Positions 18,301 to 26,100 of a stretch of DNA of 64,000 bases are shown here, piece after piece. Source of the stretch: Bacteroidales bacterium. GTDB lineage: Bacteria > Bacteroidota > Bacteroidia > Bacteroidales > F082. A program made the translations under genes and the position numbers. The stretch is from positions 4,565 to 68,564 of the forward strand of contig JAFRRS010000013.1 in assembly GCA_017427985.1 (NCBI GenBank). Direction: 5' to 3'. The stretch's first letter is position 1. Each line of letters starts with the position of its first letter. The notes below the pieces were generated by a model, which made no database searches, was not told the DNA's origin, and saw only the letters and a list, made by a program, of their open reading frames with translations.

Positions 18301-19752
18301 GGCGTAGTTGCCTGTGCCGATTGCGATGATAGCACTGACATTGTAAACGGTCGGGTCGCCCACAATGACGACATCCTCGCCAAGATTGACGGTACGGGCA
18401 CGGCGCGCGCCGTCCACGTCGCTGCTGTTGACGCCGCCGAGGTTGATGTTGTTATAATAGTTGTTGGTGAGATTAGAGCCTGCATTATAACCCGTGATAG
18501 AGCCGATTTTGTCGTCGCCGGTGACAATGGAACCGGTATAGAGGCAATTCTCTATAGTGCCTTCGTCGTTTTTGCCCACTATGCCACCGAAGTACTCGCA
18601 GCCACTCTTGCCATTATTGCTGACAGCAGCGCCGCTGAAGCAGCCGATGACTTTGGCATCGCTGGTATAATTATAACCAACTATTCCACCGTGGTACAAA
18701 GCATTACTGTGTCCGGCATGGATGACAACGCTGTTATTCACGCGGCAGTTCTGCACTGTGGTGAAACCACTTGCATTTCCATTGGAGAAACCAACGATAC
18801 CGCCAACATAATTATATCCCGTGAAGGTGCTGCTGGCAAGGATAACGTTTCGCACAGTGCCGGCAGAAATGCATCCGAAGAGACCGACACTACTGTCGGC
18901 ATCGGTGTTTCCAGTACGGTTGACAGTGATATTGCGGATGTAGCGTCCCTGACCATCGTAGGTGCCAGAGAAACAGGCAAAGTCATTTTCGTTATTGTAA
19001 TAGCCGATAGGGACGTACGTGTCATCACAATTGATGTCCTGTGTCTGCAAGAAAGAGAGGTTTTCACAGTCGTTATTACCGATATTGACGTATGAGGCGA
19101 GCACGGCGAGGTCGCGCTTCGACGTGATGTTATAAGTGTTGGCACTCGGACTGGTGAGCAGGGTAATAGGCGCCAAATCGGTGTAGGTAATTGCAATCCT
19201 GCCAAACGAGCTCCTCGAATTGAAACTCTCCTGCAACTGGTAGGCGTAGTCGAATGACGGATTCATGGGATGGTGGTTAATGTCGCTCATGCCGGTATTG
19301 CCTTCGTTGTTCAACATCTCGATTTTAGTGACAAAATAACGTCCACTGCCGCCGGTAACGGTGTAGGTGATGTATTTGTCTATACTCGGGGCATTGATGT
19401 TGATGCCACCTTGATTGCTGATTATTGCATTGCTGCCTGCCTCCCACTGTAAACGCAGGGTGAAGCCGTCGCTGAAGCTGACAGTGTAGTCGCCTGCACC
19501 ATTGCTCCCTCCCCCGTTATTGAGCGAACTCTCGTCGATATTCATCCAGTATAAGTTCTCATAGCCGTCAAATGGCATGTCGCTGCCATCGGCGCGGGAG
19601 AAGCCAACTTCATAGCAGTGGTAGTTTTGGTTGTAGTTCGCACTGCTGATTCTGTAAATCACGGTTTTGGTAGTAGCTTGTGCTATCTGCCCAAAAGCGA
19701 CTGCCATCACAAGCAGCAACGCTGCAAAAACTCTTGTGTATAAAGTCTTCAT
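15367..19752 (-). CDS. T9SS-sorted GLUG-repeat surface protein (1461 aa)
   Basis: Signal peptide MKTLYTRVFAALLLVMAVAFGQ. There are two GLUG-type modules (VGGIVG...NC...GGIVG). The T9SS-type C-terminus reads ...LQIFDVMGRMI...GVYILKLNEQTQKIVVR. Confidence 0.8.
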   Translation of the reverse strand: MKTLYTRVFAALLLVMAVAFGQIAQATTKTVIYRISSANYNQNYHCYEVGFSRADGSDMPFDGYENLYWMNIDESSLNNGGGSNGAGDYTVSFSDGFTLRLQWEAGSNAIISNQGGININAPSIDKYITYTVTGGSGRYFVTKIEMLNNEGNTGMSDINHHPMNPSFDYAYQLQESFNSRSSFGRIAITYTDLAPITLLTSPSANTYNITSKRDLAVLASYVNIGNNDCENLSFLQTQDINCDDTYVPIGYYNNENDFACFSGTYDGQGRYIRNITVNRTGNTDADSSVGLFGCISAGTVRNVILASSTFTGYNYVGGIVGFSNGNASGFTTVQNCRVNNSVVIHAGHSNALYHGGIVGYNYTSDAKVIGCFSGAAVSNNGKSGCEYFGGIVGKNDEGTIENCLYTGSIVTGDDKIGSITGYNAGSNLTNNYYNNINLGGVNSSDVDGARRARTVNLGEDVVIVGDPTVYNVSAIIAIGTGNYAMRRSNNPIFSGATQTLTLDYTGTAPDDYAFAGFSVKDSNNNDVAVTETAGVYTFDMPDKDVTVTAIIEIAPWSGDGTAESPFLIRTTLDLDRLATKVNEGNDYSDKFFLQTVDLVYDGTENNYVPIGRQLANTFNGVYDGGGHTISGIWVNWNDENVGLFGRIGYDTDNTTATVRNVALTDCTFAGRASVGGIVGLNTGIIYNCRVENSVNIYAGGDVSPRHAGIAGYNLGSVVGCVSGATVIENRVESTASRLYGGIVGNNTELYNNDCYTIVCNCLYTGTAVISDESSGAIIGGNMYQCFYTNNYYNTTSAIVPGGVRGNDIDGARRARTITLGEGVILKGEETIYNVSGITAIGFGNHAIKYNDGNTTYIYSSVGYTVTLGAQEGYKLTSATLSYGGNDYNIEPDNGVFSFVMPDANVTVSATVEPGTPTGDHYELFSGDLVEGDYLIVKDGAAMSSMLMNRVFQYTNVTAIDDVITTDQTDIVWHIAPNDDRWTIYSAEAQKYAAYYFCYKVDLVENANDHNDGFGLWTVEGTSVYDFRCGGSYPYLRYHNTYGQIIGFDCSTTNTGGSFSLYKKVESQQTVTLDIAHYTPDGNDGWNLIASPLANDVFPTDVNGLTKNTYDLYRFNQAADAEWENWKADESDHYHFDLEQGRGYLYANSEDVTLTFNGEHYSGDGTVTLTKTPGAEMEGWNLVGNPFAETAYIDRDFYVMNDDGSEIVLAERADYHVEAMEGIFVHADEDGETLTFTTEAPGKGSGQKSESGQVVINLSKGNRGSVIDRAIVRFDSKKTMEKLQVFDGSTKLYVPQDGKDYAMVSSSRQGEIPLNFKAKEMGQYTISVETFPETSYFSRLGETFQETSLPDIKLIDRLEDVVVDLTENNRYTFIGSPTDRQERFIIVFAETQNFASLQGHFAYQNGAEIIITGEGELQIFDVMGRMIASRRVNGVETFPETSLQTGVYILKLNEQTQKIVVR
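15430..15449. repeat. GAGACG-family hairpin H1 (AGACGTTTC-ag-GAAACGTCT)
   Basis: 9-bp stem with a 2-nt loop, inside the CDS. It encodes ..VETFPETS.. in the sorting domain. Confidence 0.9.
15563..15592. repeat. GAGACG-family hairpin H2, a 30-bp perfect palindrome TGCAGAGACGCAAAA|TTTTGCGTCTCTGCA
   Basis: Read directly. It encodes AETQNFASLQ and is identical to H6. Confidence 0.95.
15711..15732. repeat. GAGACG-family hairpin H3 (GAGACGTTTC-ct-GAAACGTCTC)
   Basis: 10-bp stem. The left flank is GTA, as in the GTAGAGACG consensus. Confidence 0.9.
15751..15770. repeat. GAGACG-family hairpin H4 (AGACGTTTC-ag-GAAACGTCT)
   Basis: 9-bp stem with right flank CTAC. It lies 18 nt from H3. Together the two encode VETFPETSYFSRLGETFQETS. 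Confidence 0.9.
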
Positions 19753-20010
19753 CTAACTTCCTTTTTTTTTCATCGCGTAACCTGCGCCTAATACTCCAAG
19801 GATTAGGAGACCGCTGCCGAGAGGAGCTTCGGCACCGTTATCGTTGTTTAAACCATGGGCTGTCGGCAACCCGAACTCCACATTATCGTATGTGTTAGTG
19901 CGATACAAATCGTTATCGACATCAGACCATTTGAAAAACATGTCGCTCTGGGCTTTTCCGCAGAATCCCATAAACATTAAAACTGCAATTGTTAAAAAGA
20001 ACTTTTTCAT
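19753..20010 (-). CDS. small secreted protein with a C-terminal hydrophobic helix and a KKK tail
   Basis: 85 aa. The signal peptide is MKKFFLTIAVLMFMGFCGKAQ and the C-terminus is APLGSGLLILGVLGAGYAMKKKGS. Its stop codon abuts the ATG of the 1461-aa gene (TAGATG). Confidence 0.6.
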   Translation of the reverse strand: MKKFFLTIAVLMFMGFCGKAQSDMFFKWSDVDNDLYRTNTYDNVEFGLPTAHGLNNDNGAEAPLGSGLLILGVLGAGYAMKKKGS

Positions 20011-20046
20011 TTATTTAATTTTTAATTGTTATTCTCTTTTTTATTA

Positions 20047-20131
20047 GTTTCCTCACCCTTTCAGGGTTCGGAATGACAACAGTCTTTGCTAACCAAACAC
20101 CCTTGTCATTCCGACCGAAGGGAGGAATCTC
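20047..20131. repeat. inverted pair of REP-like units (..CGGAATGACAA / TTGTCATTCCG..)
   Basis: Unit 20047-20078 and unit 20104-20131 are mutual reverse complements with a few mismatches. A 25-nt spacer separates them. The pair sits just downstream of the 2333-aa gene stop. Confidence 0.8.
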
Positions 20132-20133
20132 TC

Positions 20134-23100
20134 CTATTTAATGATTATTTTCTGTACGTTTTCGTTTAATTTCAGAATGTAAACGCCGGTTTGCAGAGAC
20201 GATGTGCACATCGTCTCTGCACCGTTGACGTGTTTCTGTATTATCATGCGGCCCATCACGTCGAAAACTTGCAATTCGCCTTCGCCGTTGATGATGAGGT
20301 CGGTGCCTGATTGATAGGCAAAATGGCCCTGCAGAGACGCAAAATTTTGCGTCTCTGCAAACACAATTGTAAACCTTGATTGTCTATCGGTTGGTGAACC
20401 GATAAATGTGTATCTGTTGTTTTCGGTTAAATCAACAACAACATCTTCTATTTTATCGAATAATTTTACGTCCGGTAGAGACGCGCCATGGCACGTCTCT
20501 ACAGAGATGGTATATTTCCCCATTTCTTTTGCCTTGAAATTCAACGGCATCTCGCCTTGGCGTTCTGAACCGACAATAGCGTAATCTCTGCCGTCTTGCG
20601 GGATATACAATTTGGTGTTGCCGTCGAAGATCTGCAATTTCGTCATGGTGCGGTCGCTGTCGAAACGCACGATGGCGCGGTCGATGACACTGCCGCCGTT
20701 TCCTTTGCCGAGGTTAATCACCAACGAGGCATCATCGCCACGGTTGCCTTTTACGTTTTTCGAACTTGGAGTGAATGTCACAACATCGCCGTCAGCATCT
20801 GCATGAACGAAGATGCCTTCCATCGCGTTAACGGTGGTGCTCATTGCAGGAATAATCTCCGAACCTTCTGCATTCATACAATAAAAATCTTTATCGACAG
20901 TGGCATTCTCACCCCACGGGTTACCCACAAGGTTCCAGCCTTCAAAATCAACATTATCGGTCTTGGTGAGCGTGACCTCGCCGTCGCCGCTGTAAGGTGC
21001 GCCTACAAAGTTGAGAGTCACATCGTCGCTATTGGCGTAGAGGTAGCCTTGACCATTTTCCAAAGCATGGAATGGATTCTCATTGTCATTTTGATGGGAT
21101 TTGTAGTTTTCCCATTCCGCAACGGCCGATTGGTTGAAACGGTAAAGGTCGTAGGTGTTGCTGGTGAGATTATTCACATTCGTAACCCAGGTTTTTCCTG
21201 CCAAAGGAGAAGCGATAAGGTACCAGCCGGTTTTCACGTTGTTGTCAGCGCCATAACCCACGATGTCTTTTGACAAGGTGACTGTATTCGGGGCTGCGGT
21301 GAGATACCCTGGATCGCTATAACCGCCATCAATGTGTGCATATCTAACATCATTGTTATTCCAATCATATGATGTATCCATGCCGCCCTTCAAACTTTGA
21401 CATGCATAAAACATTCCCTCACTATCATCAATATACACTTTGTCAGTGTTCCATAATGTGCTGACATAAATAGTGGTGAGGTCGTAGCAATAGAGGAACA
21501 TGCATGCCATATTTCGTACTTCCGATGTGTTCCACCCAGAAAGGTCTAATGTGGTAAGTTGATGGCATTCGCTGAATAAATATGACATATCTTGTACTGC
21601 CGACGTGTTCCACCTGGAGATGTTTAATGAGAACAGTGCCGTGCAGTGGGAAAACAATCCATCTAAATCAGTGGCTTTGGAGGTATCCCATCCAGAGAGA
21701 TCTAATGTGGTCAGACTTGAGCAGCCAGTGAACATATTACTCATGTCGACCACTTTGGATGTATTCCATTCAGAGACACCCGTAATTGTGGTCAGTTCAT
21801 CGCAACCGAAGAACATTTGCTCCATTGTTGTAACATTTGCGGTGTTCCATCCCGATACATTAATTGTGGTAAGGTTGAAATTGCTGACGAACATCATATG
21901 ACAACTTGTCATATTGTCGGTGTTAACATTGTGAAGGTCAATGCTCGTGCAGTTTTTCATAAAATAGAACAATCTAAAACAACTGCCTGTGAAACTGACA
22001 TTGCCGGTGGCGGTAACACTTGTAACCTCCGTTGTCACGACGTCGTCGCCCCATTTGTTTTCAGAGTTAAACTCACCCCAGTTGAGCGAAAGCGCTCCGG
22101 TGGTGCTGTCGTAGGTGTAGCGCGCCAAGACTTCCACTGTGACAATGGCATCTTCGTCAGCCACAACAAAAGTGTTGCCGGTGATGTAATTGCCGTTAAC
22201 TAAAAACAGCGCGCGCTCTTCATCAGGAACAGTGCCTGTGTAGCTCAATGTGACCTCGGTACCAGTTGTGTAGTATGAAACGTCGTTGAAGCTGGCAACC
22301 GCGGTGGCGGTGGCGGTTATGTCATCGCCGAGTGTGATGGTGTAAACCTGACGAGCACCATCCTGGTCGCTCGAAGCGCTTGAGCCGCCGTTCTCGCTGC
22401 CCACACCTACATTTGAGGCATTTGCTGTGCCTGCCACGGTGCAGTTGTAGTAGTAGTTTTGGCTTAGGTAGTTTCGATTATGACCAACGATTGCTCCTAC
22501 ATATTTACCCACTTCCGGAATACTTGCTTCCAACACAAGACAATTCTTGATTTCTCCATAATTATAGCCTACAATACCACCATAACCATTATGATCAGAA
22601 CCACCATAGGTAATACTTGCTGAACATGTGCAATCCGTAATGATTCCTGCATTTGAATTTAAACCTGCAATGCCTCCGTGATTATCGCAATAAGATCCAT
22701 GGATATTGACGGTGCCCGTAACGTGACAGTTTTGCAGTGTGCCATAGTAGTTTCTGCCGGCGATGCCACCTGTTCTGATTCTACCGTTAATGCGAGTGTC
22801 GGAAAGGGTTAGATTCTTAATAGTTCCATTGCCCAAATAGCCAATTAAACCAATATCGTCATTTAAAGTGTTGTAAATGCGGATACCTCTAACGGTGTAG
22901 CCACAACCATCTAAACTACCATGGAATACATTGTTTAAATTGCCAATGGAAGTGTAGTTGTTCTCAACACTTGTGGCATCGTCCCAGTTTGTAGTGTATG
23001 AATAAGTGATATCGTTGCCCAACTTAAAATGCTTTTTATAGAAAGTGTTGGCTGTGTAGCTATCGGTGCCGTTCACGTTCTTGGCCAATAGGTTGAGACC

Positions 23101-26100
23101 GGTAGTGGTGGTGATGATATATGGATGCTCCTCACTGCCGTCGGCGCCGTCAGCGATACCCCACACGTCGGTGAATGTGGCGCTGACAGTAACATCAGAT
23201 GCTGGCATTTCAAAACTGTTGCCGCTGATGGCATGGATGCTGCCGTCGTCGTATGAGTAAGCTAAGTTATATCCGGTGTTAATAGTGCCAGTATAGCTTA
23301 GTGCGACGTTCTGCGTGGCACCGCTGTAGATAGTGGTAGTGGTGCCGTTATTGTAGCTGATAGCCTTGTTGCCTATGGCGGTGAGGCCACTCAAGCTGTA
23401 AACCGTCTGGTTTCCCGCCAAGGCGATGTTTTCTTCCAATGTGATGACTCGTGCACGACGGGCACCGTTGCAGTCGCTTTGGTTCACACCGCCAATGCTG
23501 GAGGTGTAGTAGTTGTTTGTCAGGGTACCCCCATTATTAGTGCCGACAATGGATCCCCTACTTCCACCATTATGTATAGTACCAATAAAGATGCAGTCTT
23601 TTATAGTGCCTTGATAAGTGTTTCCCGCAATTCCGCCGAAGTTAGATCCGATACCATCAGTGAGGGTGGCTGCACTGACACAGCCACTTATAGTACCATA
23701 AGACTGTTTTCCCACGATGCCGCCATGATAAGACACACCATCTTTACAAAGGCGAATGGTCACATCGTTTTCCACACGGCAATTTGTCACGGTACAATGA
23801 TTAGTTTCTCCAATGATACCACCCACATTTTGAGCGCCGACAATAATGCTATTGGCAAGTATGACGTTCTTAACCGTACCATGACTAACTTCTCCGAATA
23901 TACCTTGATATCTTTTGTCAGTACGGATACGAATGCCGCTTATAGTTTTGTTGTTGCCGTCGAAGTTGCCGCAGAAGTATTTATTAAGGCCGATAGCGGT
24001 GTAGTTGCTCTCGTTTGCGCCCAGACCTTCATAGCTGTATGTGATGTCGGCACCCAATTTGAAATGCTTTCCATTGAAGCTGTTGGAGGTGTAGCCATCG
24101 ATGCCGTTCACATTCTTGGCCAATAAGTCGAGACCTGTGGTGTTAGTAATAATATATGGATGCTCCTCAGTGCCGTCGGCAGCTGGTGTGTTGGTGACAC
24201 CCCACACGTCGGAGACGATGGCGCTCACACTGACGTTATTGTCAGGCATGGTTAGAGTGTTGCCATTGACAGTGGCGTTATTTGTGGCAGTAAAACCGGT
24301 GCATCCGTAACCCAAAGCTGGCACACCAGTGTATCTCAGCTTGACGTTCTGTGTGGCTCCGCTGTAAAGAGTGGTGGTGGTGCCGTCGTTGTAGCTGAGG
24401 GCCGTGGTGCCAATGGCGGTGAGACCACTCAAGCTGTACGCTGCCTGGTCACCTGCGATGGCTATGTTCTCATCCAAGGTGATGACACGGGCACGACGGG
24501 CACCGTCACAGTCGTTGCCGCTGGGGTTTGCTATGCCAACGCCAACGCCCCAAATACCCTCTGTGGTGTAGTAGTTGTTGGTAAGGATGCCTGCGTTTGT
24601 TCCTGCAATGGCACCGTAGTAATTATATGCATCGACGGTGCTTCCAATATATATACAGTCCTTGACGGTACCGGAAGAGGCGTTAGCACCAACGATGCCA
24701 CCATAATAGCGGACGTTAGGCATATCATTTCTGTCGACGATGGCCGCGCTGATGCAGCCGGAGACAGTACCTATGTTCTCACCAACGATGCCTCCATGAT
24801 AAAGAGAAATATAGTCTTTCGGTAATATTTCAACAGAACCTTCTATGCGGCAATTCGTCAAGATACCATTATTCCGACCTGCGATGCCACCGACATTAGT
24901 TTTGCCTTTAAATATGCTGTTAGCAAGGACGACGTTCTTCACCGTGCCATTGATACCGACACTTTTGAATACACCTTGGGAATCGTTGGTAGTGTAGATT
25001 CGGATGCCGCTGATGGTCTTGTTGTCGCCGTCGAATGTGCCGTGGAATTTATAGCTGCCAGTGCCGATGGGAGTATAGTTGCTCTCATTCTCGTCGAGGC
25101 CTTCATAGCCATAGGTGATGTCGGCGCCCAGCTTGAAGAACTTGTTGTTGTATTCATTGCCTCCGTTCACGTTGGATGCCAGCAGGTCGAGTTGAGAAGG
25201 ATACATAATGACGTATGGGTCTTCCTCACTGTCGCCGCTGCCTGTCCAAGGGATGGTAGTCCATTGCGCGTAAAGATCGATGATGGTTCCGTCCTCGGTG
25301 GTGAGACCTAAGACTTCCTGGCTGTTACTGTAGCTATCGCCGTTTCCGCCAGGCTGGGTGTTCCATCCTGCAAAGCTGAATCCCTCGCGACTGAAAGCAT
25401 TGGCGGTGAGATTCTGCGCCACGCCATATTCGAAGACCTGATCGCTCATCGTCCCTGTAACAGGGAAGACAACACTTCCATTCCCATTGAATCGGAAGGT
25501 GTAGGTGCTCCAGCGAATTGGGAAAGTGGTGCTGAGTGAGCCGGTGTAGCTGCCAGTGCCAGTGGCGGTGACAGTGCCGTTGCCAGCCGAGGTGTTGTTA
25601 GCCCATGCTAAGGTGTAGTTAGTGGCCTCAGTGAGTTGCACACGGTTAGAGTTATCCATGATACCTTTATAGAAATACACCGTCGGATGCGGCTCGATGG
25701 CAGTGGTGTTCACCACATATTCGTTTGCCAACCCAGCGAAAGAGGTATTGGTGGCGGCAAGAGTGTAAGTGGCTGTGCAGGTGACACCTGTAAAAGTCTT
25801 GTTGAAACTACTGTTGCTGCCTTGATAATAGTTACCCGAAAGGTCGTTGAAGAGACTGTTGTTGATGCCTGTAATCGCCAAGGTGGTACCCGCCGAAGCG
25901 TTGATGATGCCCTTGTAGGTGATGACGTTGGTGTAGTCGCCTGCGACATATTCCACATCGCCCCATGTTGTATTCAACTTTCTGTACGCTCCCGAGACAT
26001 GCACAATCTCGCTGAACGGCACGCTGATATAGAAAGTGTTGCCTTTGACGTATGGACCAGCTGATACGGTGATGTATGATGTGCTGTTGTTAAAGAGCGT

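Noticed and set aside
15430-20502. Whether the repeated GAGACG palindromes could be a CRISPR-like array
   Set aside because: The copies lie inside long, well-supported coding frames. Their spacing is irregular (about 100-300 nt, and 4.4 kb between the genes). The repeats are not identical, and no cas genes are present.
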